Shown one piece after another: positions 35,887 to 45,256 of a DNA stretch of 64,000 nucleotides. Numbering within the stretch: position 1 is the first letter of the stretch; each line of letters starts with the position of its first letter. This DNA comes from an uncultured Acidobacteriota bacterium (GTDB lineage Bacteria; Acidobacteriota; Thermoanaerobaculia; Multivoradales; SZUA-115): contig CAWDVR010000003.1 of NCBI GenBank assembly GCA_963805975.1, forward strand, positions 256,001 to 320,000. The letters are read 5' to 3'. A program made the translations under genes and the position numbers. Under the pieces are notes generated by a model that was not told the origin of the DNA, did not search any database, and saw nothing but the letters and a program-made list of their open reading frames with translations.

Positions 35887-36593
35887 GCGCGGGCGACGCG
35901 GGTGTGGTGGTGGTGGGTGGCGGCGGCCACGCGCGGGTGGTGATCGAGATCCTGCTTGCCGCCGGCCGGGTGGTGGTGGGCTTCACCGACGCCAGGGCGG
36001 AACCCGGGGGGTGCTGGGGCGAGGTGCCCTGCCTGGGAGACGACGAGGTGCTGCCCGAGGTGTACGAGCGCGGCACCCGCGAAGCGATCGTGGCGCTGGG
36101 GGACAACGCGCTCCGCCTGCGGCTGGCGGCGGCGGTGCGCGCCCGGGGCTTCCGGCTCGTCAACGCCCTGCACCCCCGGGCGACGATGTCGCCCTCGGTG
36201 CGCCTGGGCGAGGGCATCGCGGTGATGGCCGGCGCGGTGGTCAACGCCGGCAGCTCGCTCGGCGACTCGGCGATCGTCAACACCGGCGCCACCGTGGACC
36301 ACGACTGCGCGCTGGGCGGCGGCGTCCACGTGGCGCCGGGCTCGCACCTGGCCGGCTACGTGACGGTGGGGGAGGGCGCGCTGATCGGCGTCGGCGGCAC
36401 GGTCGGCCGCGGCCGGCCGCTCGCCATCGGGCCGTGGGCGGTGCTGGGCTCGGGCTCGGTGGTGGTCACCGACGTGCCGGCCGGGGCCGTGCTCGCGGGC
36501 AACCCGGCGCGGCCGATCCGCCGCGGTGCTGCTGAGGACCCGCTCGTCATCCTGAGCGCAGCGAAGGATCTGGGCGGGGGGCCTGCCCGTTGA
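35883..36593 (+). CDS. Sugar N/O-acetyltransferase (NeuD/PglD/PerB family)
   Basis: GGGGHARV, hexapeptide repeats, NTGATVDHDC, AGNPARPI. Confidence 0.9.
   Translation: MSAGDAGVVVVGGGGHARVVIEILLAAGRVVVGFTDARAEPGGCWGEVPCLGDDEVLPEVYERGTREAIVALGDNALRLRLAAAVRARGFRLVNALHPRATMSPSVRLGEGIAVMAGAVVNAGSSLGDSAIVNTGATVDHDCALGGGVHVAPGSHLAGYVTVGEGALIGVGGTVGRGRPLAIGPWAVLGSGSVVVTDVPAGAVLAGNPARPIRRGAAEDPLVILSAAKDLGGGPAR
36546..36578 (+). repeat. REP-like repeat copy 2 (in frame at acetyltransferase C-terminus)
   Basis: Identical 33 bp to 25903-25935. Confidence 0.88.
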
Positions 36594-37723
36594 GCCAGGA
36601 GATGATCCCGGTCGCCTCGGTCGTGCTGGCCGGCAACGAGAAGCGCTACGTCAACGAGTGCCTGGACACGACGTGGATCTCCTCGATCGGCTCGTTCATC
36701 GACCGCTTCGAGCGCTCCTTCGCCGAGCTCTCGGAGGTGCCGCACGCCGTCTCCTGCTCGAACGGCACCGTGGCCCTCCACCTCGCTCTCCTCGGACTGG
36801 AAATCGGACCCGGCGACGAGGTGCTGGTGCCCTCGCTCACCTACGTCGCGACTGCCAACTCGGTGCGCTACTGCGGCGCCGAGCCGGTGTTCGTGGACAG
36901 CGACCGCCGCACCTGGAACCTCGACCCGGAGGACCTGCGGCAGAAGATCACACCGCGCACCAAGGCCATAGTCGCCGTGCACCTCTACGGCAAGCCGGCG
37001 CCGATGGAGGAGATCGGGGCCATCGCCCGCGAGCACGGCCTCAAGGTGGTGGAGGACGCGGCCGAGGCGATCGGCGCCACCTACCGCGGCCGGCCCATGG
37101 GGAGCTTCTCGGACGTCGCCGCGTTCAGCTTCTTCGGCAACAAGGTGATCACCTGCGGCGAGGGCGGCATGGTGACCACGGCCGACGCGGACCTCGGGCG
37201 GAAGATCCGCCAGCTCAAGGGCCAGGGGCAGGACTTCGAGCGCCGCTACTGGTTCCCGGTGGTGGGCTACAACTACCGCATGACCAACGTGCAGGCGGCG
37301 ATCGGCCTGGCGCAGCTCGAGCAGCTCACCGCCTTCCTCGCCGCCCGCGACCAGATCGCCGCCTGGTACCACGAGGAGCTGGCGGGCCGCCGCGGCCTCA
37401 CGCTGGCCGCGGCCGACCCCGCGGAGCGCGCCGTGTGCTGGCTCTACAGTCTGGTGCTCGAAGAGCTCGACGAGGCCGGGCGGGACGGCGTGATGGCCGC
37501 CATGCGCCGTGCCGGGGTGGACAGCCGGCCGTTCTTCTACCCCTGCCACACACTGCCGCCCTATCAGAGCGAACGGCTTGCTGCCTGCCCCGAGGCCGAG
37601 TGGCTGGGGGCGCGCGGGCTGTCGCTCCCGACCTGGGTGGGGATGACGAGAGAACACGTGCGGCGGGTGGTGGAGGCGCTCCTCGCCGCCGTCGAGAGCG
37701 CCGGGGCGAAGGCCCGGCCATGA
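36590..37723 (+). CDS. DegT/DnrJ PLP aminotransferase (perosamine synthase-like)
   Basis: WISSIG, NGTVALHLAL, EDAAEA, FSFFGNKVITCGEGG, GYNYRMTN. Confidence 0.93.
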   Translation: MSQEMIPVASVVLAGNEKRYVNECLDTTWISSIGSFIDRFERSFAELSEVPHAVSCSNGTVALHLALLGLEIGPGDEVLVPSLTYVATANSVRYCGAEPVFVDSDRRTWNLDPEDLRQKITPRTKAIVAVHLYGKPAPMEEIGAIAREHGLKVVEDAAEAIGATYRGRPMGSFSDVAAFSFFGNKVITCGEGGMVTTADADLGRKIRQLKGQGQDFERRYWFPVVGYNYRMTNVQAAIGLAQLEQLTAFLAARDQIAAWYHEELAGRRGLTLAAADPAERAVCWLYSLVLEELDEAGRDGVMAAMRRAGVDSRPFFYPCHTLPPYQSERLAACPEAEWLGARGLSLPTWVGMTREHVRRVVEALLAAVESAGAKARP

Positions 37724-38604
37724 TTCCCCTGCGGCTGCGCTGGGGCCAGCTCCGCAGCTTCTTCTATCGCTTCCGGCTCCTGCCCTATGCGGAGCGGCTG
37801 TTCGCCGGCGTGGATTGCCCGCCCCTTCTCTCCCGGCCCTTCGCCGGCCGGCGCCTGTGGGTGGACGTCGCGCGCTCCTCGACCGAGCGGCTGCTCTTTC
37901 TCGCGGGGGAGCGGCTGGTGGCGGAGCGCCATCTGCTCGCCGATCTGGCGCGGCCCGGGATGCGGGTGGTGGACGTGGGCGCCAACCTCGGCTACTACGC
38001 GCTGCTCTTCGCGCGCCTGGTGGGGCCCGCGGGCAAGGTCGACTGTTTCGAGCCCGAGCCCTCCAACCGCGCTCTCCTCGAAAAGAGCGTGCAGGGCCTG
38101 GCGCAGGTGCGGGTCCACCCCATCGCGCTCGGCGCCGGGGAGGCGACCGTGGCGCTCGAGCCGGGCATCAACGGCCTGATCAGCGAGCGCGGTTCCCTCC
38201 CCGTGCCCTTGCGGCGCCTGGACGACGTGCTGGGGCTCGACGTAGGCCCCCTCGCGGTGGACCTGCTCAAGATCGACGTCGACGGCTACGAGGGCCAGGT
38301 GCTCGCCGGCTGCCGCGAGACCCTGCGCAGGGCGCGTCCGGCGATCTTCCTCGAGCTGCACCCGGAGCTGATCCACGCTCCCTTCACCGTCGGCGGCCTG
38401 GTGGCCGAGCTGGCGGAGCTGTACCCCGAAGTGGAGCTCTGGCGGCCGGTGCGCTCCGGCGGGCTCGCGAAGATGATCGCCGCCCGTTACGGCCGGCGCG
38501 GCGTCGAGCGCCTCCGCGACCCGGAGGGCTTCCTGGCCGCGGTCGCGGATGGCCGCGACCGAGACTATTTCTGGGCCGTGTGCCGGGCGCGCCGCGCGGG
38601 ATGA
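37720..38604 (+). CDS. FkbM-family methyltransferase
   Basis: VDVGANLGYY, FEPEP, LKIDVDGYE. Confidence 0.92.
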   Translation: MIPLRLRWGQLRSFFYRFRLLPYAERLFAGVDCPPLLSRPFAGRRLWVDVARSSTERLLFLAGERLVAERHLLADLARPGMRVVDVGANLGYYALLFARLVGPAGKVDCFEPEPSNRALLEKSVQGLAQVRVHPIALGAGEATVALEPGINGLISERGSLPVPLRRLDDVLGLDVGPLAVDLLKIDVDGYEGQVLAGCRETLRRARPAIFLELHPELIHAPFTVGGLVAELAELYPEVELWRPVRSGGLAKMIAARYGRRGVERLRDPEGFLAAVADGRDRDYFWAVCRARRAG

Positions 38605-39695
38605 AGATCCTCCTGGTCAGCCACCCGCCGCTCTCGCCCGAGCTGGGCGCGTCGCAGATCGTCCTCAACCTGGCCGCCGCCCTCTCCGCGCGCGGCCACG
38701 AGGTGGTGACCTGGACCTCCTCGCCGCTGCCCGCCGGCACTCGCTGGTGGAACGCCTGGCGGGTGCAGCAGAGGCTCCTGGAGCGGTTCCTCGCGGCCGC
38801 GGGGCCGTTCGCGGCCATCGACGTGCCGGCGATCTCGGCGAGCGCGCGGGTGGCCGCGGCCGGGCCGGTGGTGGCGCGGAGCGCGCAGCCGGACTTTCTC
38901 TATCTCGATCTCGATCTCGCCGAGCTCCGCCGCTCGCGGCCCTTGCCGCGGCTCCACCTCGCCGCCCGGCTGGTCCACGCCTGGGCCTTCCGCCGCGGTA
39001 CGCTCGCCGGCTGGAGGAGGAGCCGGCGCATCCTCTGCCTGGGCTCGCTCGAAGAGCAGTGGATGCGGCGCCACTTCCCGGCCTGGGAAGGAAAGCTCGG
39101 CCACTACGTCTCCGCGCCCTCGCCGGCCGACCAGGCGAGCCTGGCCGTGGTGCGGCGAGAGCGCCGGCCGCCCGCGGCGGGGGAGGGCCTGCGCTTCCTG
39201 TGGCTGGGGCGCTGGTCCGCGCACAAGGGCACGGCACGGTTGGTGGAGCTCCTCCAAGCCCGAGAACGAACGCCCCCGCGCGACCACGTGACCCTCGCCG
39301 GCTGCGGGCCGGACGCGGCCGGCAAGCTGCCCGATGCGCTGCTCGAGTCCGGGTCCGTTCGGCTGGTCCCCACCTATCGGCGCAGCGAGCTCGCCGATCT
39401 CCTGGCAGCGCACGACGCCGGGCTCTTCACCAGCGAGGTCGAAGGCTGGGGCCTGTCCTTGAACGAGATGCTCGAGGCCGGCCTGACGGTGTTCGCCACC
39501 TCGACCGGCGCGGTACCGGATCTCCAGCCGTTCTTCCCCGAGCACCTGCGGCCGTTTCCGCCTCCGGCGGAGGTCTCGCTCGCGGACCCGGCGGATGACC
39601 TCGACGAGCGGGGCTACTTCCGCCACTTCACCTGGGCGGCGATCGCCGAGCGCTACGAGCGCGAGGTGCTCGCGCCCATGGCCGGCCCGCCATGA
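38601..39695 (+). CDS. Glycosyltransferase (GT4-like)
   Basis: LGRWSAHKG, EGWGLSLNEML. Confidence 0.82.
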   Translation: MKILLVSHPPLSPELGASQIVLNLAAALSARGHEVVTWTSSPLPAGTRWWNAWRVQQRLLERFLAAAGPFAAIDVPAISASARVAAAGPVVARSAQPDFLYLDLDLAELRRSRPLPRLHLAARLVHAWAFRRGTLAGWRRSRRILCLGSLEEQWMRRHFPAWEGKLGHYVSAPSPADQASLAVVRRERRPPAAGEGLRFLWLGRWSAHKGTARLVELLQARERTPPRDHVTLAGCGPDAAGKLPDALLESGSVRLVPTYRRSELADLLAAHDAGLFTSEVEGWGLSLNEMLEAGLTVFATSTGAVPDLQPFFPEHLRPFPPPAEVSLADPADDLDERGYFRHFTWAAIAERYEREVLAPMAGPP

Positions 39696-40852
39696 ACGTC
39701 CTCTTCGTCCTCCACGCGCCGCGGGACCCGCACACCGCGGTCTTCTCCTACGCCGTGGAGCGGGCGCGCTTCCTGGAGTCGGCGGGTCACCGGGCGAGCG
39801 TGCTGACGCCCTTCGATCTCGTGTCTCCCGGCCCCGGCAGCGTGCGCTGGCTGCCGTTCACCTATCCGCTGGCCGTCCGCCGTCACCTGGCCCGCCACGG
39901 CCGGGACCTGGACCTCGTGATCTTCCACTCCTACACTGGCTGGGCGGTGCATCTTCTCGGCCGCCGGCGGCCCTTCGCCACGGTGACGCCCTTCGCCACG
40001 GTGACCCAATTCCACGGCCTCGAGCCGATCTACCTCGAGCGCATGGAGAGCGAGCACCGGCGGGCCGGCGAGCCCATCGCTCTCCGGCACCGGCTCTTCC
40101 GGCGGCGGGTGCTCCACCCCCTGCTGGCCGCCTCCTGCCGGCGCTCCCGTCGCGTGCTCTGCCTGAACCGCGAGGAGCGCGCCTACCTGGTGGAGCACGG
40201 CTGGGCCGCGAGCGACGCCGTGACGGTGGTCCCCAACCCCGCGCCGGAGGAATTCTTCGGCCAACGCTGGTACCGCCGGCCGCTCACGCGCCTGCTGTTC
40301 CTCGGCCAGTGGTCGATCGGCAAGGGCACCCGCTACCTGGCGGCGGCGTTCGCGTCGCTGGCGGCCATGCGTCCGGACCTGTCGCTCGTCTGCCTGGGGA
40401 CGCGGGTGGGAGTGGAGACCGTGCGCGCCGCCTTCCCCGTGGCCTGCCGCGAGCGGGTGCGGGTGGTTCCCGAGGCGGACCGCGCGGCGGTCGCCGCGCA
40501 CCTGGCGGAGGCCGATCTCTTCGTTTTCCCCACGCTCTCGGAAGGCTCGAGCCTGGCGCTCCTCGAAGCCATGGCCTCGGGCCTGCCGATCGTCACCACG
40601 CCGGTGGGCGCGGCTCCGGACCACCTGGCGGACGGCGAGAGCGTCCTCTTCGTGCCGCCGGCGGACGCGGCGGCACTCGCGGCGGCGGTAGAGCGTCTGC
40701 TCGCGGACCCGGATCTCGCCGAACGTCTCGGCCGGGAAGCGCGCCGGGCCGCCGAGGCGCTCCGCTGGAGCGCGCTGGCGCCGGGATATTTGGCACTCAT
40801 CGAGGAGGCACTCATCGAGTCGCTGGCCAGCCAGTCCGAGAAAGGCCGCTGA
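39692..40852 (+). CDS. Glycosyltransferase family 4
   Basis: EGSSLALLEAMASGLPIVTT; contains an 18-bp tandem duplication (PFATVT twice). Confidence 0.9.
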   Translation: MNVLFVLHAPRDPHTAVFSYAVERARFLESAGHRASVLTPFDLVSPGPGSVRWLPFTYPLAVRRHLARHGRDLDLVIFHSYTGWAVHLLGRRRPFATVTPFATVTQFHGLEPIYLERMESEHRRAGEPIALRHRLFRRRVLHPLLAASCRRSRRVLCLNREERAYLVEHGWAASDAVTVVPNPAPEEFFGQRWYRRPLTRLLFLGQWSIGKGTRYLAAAFASLAAMRPDLSLVCLGTRVGVETVRAAFPVACRERVRVVPEADRAAVAAHLAEADLFVFPTLSEGSSLALLEAMASGLPIVTTPVGAAPDHLADGESVLFVPPADAAALAAAVERLLADPDLAERLGREARRAAEALRWSALAPGYLALIEEALIESLASQSEKGR

Positions 40853-41589
40853 TGGAAGAGCATCGCGCGAGCCGCGCCGCGTACGAGCGCTGGCACCAGG
40901 CACTGGGCTTCGAGCCCGCGGCCGAGACCCCCTGGCGGAGGATGCTCGCCGCGCACCTCGACCCGGCGCGCGACCTCGCGGGGAAGCGGGTGCTGGAGGT
41001 GGGCTGCGGCCGGGGCGAGATCGCCTGCTGGCTGGCCGCCCGGGAAGAAGCGCCGGAAGTGCTGATGGCCGCGGACCTCGCGCTGGCCGCGGTGAGCCTG
41101 GGCAGCTCCCGGGCGCGGGCCGAGGGCGCCGGCGCCGTCCGCTGGGGGATCGCGGACATCGAGCGCCTGCCGCATCCCGAGGCGAGCTTCGACACCGTGG
41201 TCTCCTGCGAGACGATCGAGCACGTGCCGGACCCCGCGCGCGCCGTCCGCGAGCTGGCCCGGGTGCTGAAGCCGGGCGGGCGCCTCTTTCTCACCACGCC
41301 CAACTACCTCAACGCCTCCGGGCTCTACCGCGGCTACCTGCGCCTCTCCGGCCGGCGTTTCTCCGAGGCCGGCCAGCCGATCAACAACCTCGTGCTGCTG
41401 CCCCGCACCTGCGCCTGGGTCCGCCGCGCCGGGCTCGCGATCCGCGCCGTGGACGGCGTAGGCCACTACCTGCCGCTCGTCCCCGGCCGGCCGGCGCTCG
41501 AGCTGCCGGCGCTCGAGCGGTTCCGCGGCCTCACGCGCTGGTTCGCGATCCAGACCCTGGTCCTGGCGGAGAAGCCGTGGGCGACCTGA
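40852..41589 (+). CDS. Class I SAM-dependent methyltransferase
   Basis: VLEVGCGRG, FDTVVSCETIEH, RVLKPGG. Confidence 0.92.
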   Translation: MEEHRASRAAYERWHQALGFEPAAETPWRRMLAAHLDPARDLAGKRVLEVGCGRGEIACWLAAREEAPEVLMAADLALAAVSLGSSRARAEGAGAVRWGIADIERLPHPEASFDTVVSCETIEHVPDPARAVRELARVLKPGGRLFLTTPNYLNASGLYRGYLRLSGRRFSEAGQPINNLVLLPRTCAWVRRAGLAIRAVDGVGHYLPLVPGRPALELPALERFRGLTRWFAIQTLVLAEKPWAT

Positions 41590-42768
41590 TCCAGCTCGTG
41601 CCTTCGCTGCCGCCTCCCGCGGAGGGGGTGGGGAGCTACGCGCTGGCCCTGGCCGAGGCGCTCGCGGCACGGCACGGCATCGAGAGCCGTTTCGTGGTCG
41701 GCGACCCGGCCTGGAACGCCGAGGCCGGAGCGGCCTTTCCCGCGGCGGCGGTCGCGGCCCGCACACCCGAGGCCCTGGTCAGCTCTCTGACGGAAGCCGG
41801 CGGTACCGTGCTCCTCCATTACGCGAACTACGGCTACGAAGCCCGTGGCTGCCCGGGCTGGCTGGTCGAGGGGCTCCTCGGCTGGCTCGCCGCGGGGCGC
41901 GAGCGCCGGCTCGTCACGTTCTTTCACGAGGTGCACGCGAGCGGCCCGCCGTGGACCAGCGCGTTCTGGCTGCGCTCCCGCCAGCGGCGGCTCGCCGCCG
42001 CCGTGGCTCGTGCCTCGCTCTCGACGTTGACCAGCCTCGATCTCTATGCCGACCTCCTGCGCCCGTGGATGGACGCCTTTCCGTCCCACTCTTCGACAGT
42101 GCCGGAGACCCTCGAGTCCGCTCCTGGAACGGAGCGCAGGCCGCCCGAAGGGAGCTCGAGCACCGTTCCAGGGGCGGACCCGAGGGTTGACAGAGTGCCC
42201 CGTCCTGCTGCCGGTCTTCTCGACCGTGGGCGAGCCCGAGGCCGTGGTTCCCTGGGGGGAACGCGGGCCCCGCCTCGTGGTTTTCGGAGGTCGGGGCGCC
42301 CGGGAGGCCGCCTACGGCCCGCTCGCGCCGCAGCTCGAGCTCGCCTGCCGGCGGCTCGCGATCGAAGAGATCTGCGACGTGGGCCCGCCCATCTCCACGG
42401 TGCCGGGCCGCGTCGGTCCGGCCGCGGTGTCTTGCCGCGGGCTGCTGCCGGGAGAGGAGGTGAGCGCGCTCCTTGCCTCGTCCCGCGCCGGCTACATCGC
42501 CTACCCCGCGTACTTCCTCCCCAAGTCGACGATCTTCGCCGCCTACGCGGCGCACGGCGTGCTGCCGGTGCGGGGCTGGCCGAGGGCCCGGGAGCGCCCG
42601 CCCGGTGAGCTGCGGCCCAACGTTCACTTCTGGGAGCCGCTCGCCGACCAAGCCGGAGATCCGGGCGCCATCGCCGCGGCTGCCCGCGAGTGGTATCTCG
42701 GCCATCGCCTGGAGGTGCAGGCGGCGGCCTTCGCCCGGCTGCTTTCACCCTGGCGGCTCTCGCCATGA
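41577..42768 (+). pseudogene. Glycosyltransferase-like gene split by a frameshift at a palindromic insert
   Basis: N-half (GVGSYA, LHYANYGY, TFFHE) in one frame, C-half (LPVFSTVGEP, KSTIFAAYAAHG) in another; switch at ~42090-42200. Confidence 0.7.
42088..42197. repeat. Long imperfect inverted repeat (MITE/REP-like insert)
   Basis: CCCTCGAGTCCGCTCCTGGAACGG (42109) matches the reverse complement of CCGTTCCAGGGGCGGACCCGAGGG (to 42186) at 22/24; outer CACTCT/AGAGTG. Confidence 0.8.
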
Positions 42769-43799
42769 GGCTGCTGCTCTACACACCGGCGTTCGCGCCG
42801 TCGATCGGCGGCCTCGAGACGGTGATGGCCATCCTCGCCGAGGGCTTCGCCGGACACGGCCACGAGGTCGTGGTCGCCTGTCGCACCGACCCCGGCGAAG
42901 AGCCCGAGCCGCGTGCCTACCGGGTGGTGCGCCATCCTGCGGCCGGAGAGCTCCTGGCGCTCGTGCGCTGGTGCGAGGTCTTCTTCCAGGCCAACGTCAG
43001 CCTCAAGGGCCTGTGGCCGCTCGCCTTCGTCCGCCGGCCGTGGGTGGTCTCGCACCACAGTTGGTATTGCCGGACGGACGGGCGCGTGGCCTGGCAGGAC
43101 CGCCTGAAGCGCCGCCTGGTGCGCCGCGCGCGGCTGTCGATCGCGGTCTCCGAGGCCATGGCGCGCGACCTCCAGCCGGCGCGCTCGGTCGTCATCGGCA
43201 ACCCCTACCGCGACGACCTCTTCCGCCTCCAGCCCGAGGTGCGGCGTGACGGCGACCTGGTGTTCGTCGGGCGGCTGGTCTCCGACAAGGGGGCGGACGT
43301 GCTGCTCGCGGCGCTCGCCGAGCTGGCCGGCCGCGGACCGGAGCTGAGGCCGGGCCTGACGGTGATCGGCAGCGGGCCGGAAGCTCCTCGGCTCGCCGCG
43401 CAGGCGGAGGCCCTGGGCCTCCTGCCCCAGGTCCGTTTCGCGGGCGCGCTCACCGGCGAGGCGCTGGTCGCGGAGCTCAACCGCCACCGCATCCTGGTGG
43501 CGCCCTCGCGATACCATGAGCCGTTCGGCCTGGTCGCCCTCGAGGGGATCGCCTGCGGCTGTGCGGTGGTGGGGACGGAGGGCGGGGGGCTGCCGGAGGC
43601 GATCGGCCCCTGCGGCCTGACGGTGCCGAACGGAGACCCCATCGCGTTGGCCACCGCCCTCGCCGAGCTGTTGACCGCCCCCGAGCGCCTGGCCGCGTTC
43701 CGGGCCGCGGCGCCCGCGCACCTGGCGCCGCACACGGCGGCACGAGGGGTGGACGCCTATCTCGCCGCGATCACGCGGGCCGCCGAGGAACGACCGTGA
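42765..43799 (+). CDS. Glycosyltransferase family 4
   Basis: VGRLVSDKG, EPFGLVALEG. Confidence 0.92.
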   Translation: MRLLLYTPAFAPSIGGLETVMAILAEGFAGHGHEVVVACRTDPGEEPEPRAYRVVRHPAAGELLALVRWCEVFFQANVSLKGLWPLAFVRRPWVVSHHSWYCRTDGRVAWQDRLKRRLVRRARLSIAVSEAMARDLQPARSVVIGNPYRDDLFRLQPEVRRDGDLVFVGRLVSDKGADVLLAALAELAGRGPELRPGLTVIGSGPEAPRLAAQAEALGLLPQVRFAGALTGEALVAELNRHRILVAPSRYHEPFGLVALEGIACGCAVVGTEGGGLPEAIGPCGLTVPNGDPIALATALAELLTAPERLAAFRAAAPAHLAPHTAARGVDAYLAAITRAAEERP

Positions 43800-45256
43800 G
43801 CCGCTACCTCATCCTTCTCGCCGGCGTCGGCGCCATCGCCTGGGCCATGGCCCGCTGGCGGCTGGCCGTGCAGGCGGCGCTGGTGCTGCTGGTGATGGAG
43901 GGGGCGATCCGCAAGTGGGTGCTGCCGGGCTCGCAAGACCTCGTCTACTTCGCCAAGGACGCGCTCCTGCTCGGCTGCTACCTGGGCTTCCTCACCTCGC
44001 CGGCACGGCACAAGGTGGCCTCCCTGGTGCCGCCGGCCCTGATCTTCTGCCTGGCCGCCTCCGCGGCCTTCGGGGCGCTCCAGGTCTTCAACCCGAACCT
44101 CCCCAACGTGCTGGTGGGCCTCCTGGGCTTCAAGGCCTACTTCCTCTACGTGCCGCTCTTGTGGGTTGTGCCGGCCGCATTGCCGACCGATCTCGACCTG
44201 GCCCGCTTCCTCAAGCGCTACGTGGCGCTGGCCATCCCGGTCTGCCTGCTGGCCTTCTTGCAGTTCAGGAGCCCGGCGGACAGCGCGATCAACGTCTACG
44301 CGCGCGGCAGCAACGCCCCCGGCACGGTGAGCACCTTCGGCAGCTCCACCCAGGTGCGGGTCACGGGCACCTTCTCTTACATCTCCGGCTACTCGTCCTA
44401 CCTGCTGGCGATGGCCATCCTGGTGCTCGCCGTGCTCGCCGCCACCCGCTGGCGGCAACGCGGCAACTGGATCGTCTACGGCGCCCTCGGCCTGACGCTC
44501 CTCGGCATGCTGATGACCGGCTCGCGAGGGCCGGTGTTCATGCTCGTGCTGCTGCTCCCCATCTACGCCTGGCTGAGCCTCGCCCGCGAGAACGACCGCG
44601 CCACGGCGGTGGGCCGCTCGCTCCTCGGCCTCGGCCTGGTCGCCATGCTGCTCAACTACGTGGGCTCGGACGCCATCGGCGCCTTCTACGGGCGCGCCTC
44701 CGGCTCGAGCGACCTCGTCGGGCGGATGACCGGCCCCATCCTCGGGCCGATCAACACTCTGGATGAGGCCGGGCTCGCCGGCGTCGGCATCGGCGCCACC
44801 CACCAGACCGCCGCCGCGGTGACCAAGGACCTGGCGCCGTACAGTTGGCTGCGCGGCATCCTGCTCGAGGACGAGCCCAGCCGCATCATGCTCGAGCTCG
44901 GCCTCCTGGGCTTCCTGCTGGTCTACTTCGTGCGGGTGTACATGGTGATCTTCGCCTTGCAGCAGGTGTTCCTGCTGCGCACGACTTTCCACCGCGCGGT
45001 GGCCACTTCCTGCGTGCTGTTCTTTCTCGCCCATCTGCTCGGCAGCATCGTGTTCAACGTCACCTCCGGAGTCTTCTACTGGTTCTTCGCCGGCCTGTTG
45101 ATGGCCGTCTTGCGCCTGGACGCCACGCTGGCCCCGGCCCGGGCCGCCGCGGTTCCGCGGCCCGCCGAAAGACCACTCGTCCCGGGCCGGCCGCGGCCGG
45201 CGCCTCAGCCCGTGCGGCCCACCCCGGCCGCGCGACGGATGGCTGGCGGGCCTTGA
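43796..45256 (+). CDS. Polytopic membrane protein, probable Wzy polymerase
   Basis: About 11 TMs, RVTGTFSY, MTGSRG, GVGIGAT; embedded among GTs. Confidence 0.7.
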   Translation: MSRYLILLAGVGAIAWAMARWRLAVQAALVLLVMEGAIRKWVLPGSQDLVYFAKDALLLGCYLGFLTSPARHKVASLVPPALIFCLAASAAFGALQVFNPNLPNVLVGLLGFKAYFLYVPLLWVVPAALPTDLDLARFLKRYVALAIPVCLLAFLQFRSPADSAINVYARGSNAPGTVSTFGSSTQVRVTGTFSYISGYSSYLLAMAILVLAVLAATRWRQRGNWIVYGALGLTLLGMLMTGSRGPVFMLVLLLPIYAWLSLARENDRATAVGRSLLGLGLVAMLLNYVGSDAIGAFYGRASGSSDLVGRMTGPILGPINTLDEAGLAGVGIGATHQTAAAVTKDLAPYSWLRGILLEDEPSRIMLELGLLGFLLVYFVRVYMVIFALQQVFLLRTTFHRAVATSCVLFFLAHLLGSIVFNVTSGVFYWFFAGLLMAVLRLDATLAPARAAAVPRPAERPLVPGRPRPAPQPVRPTPAARRMAGGP

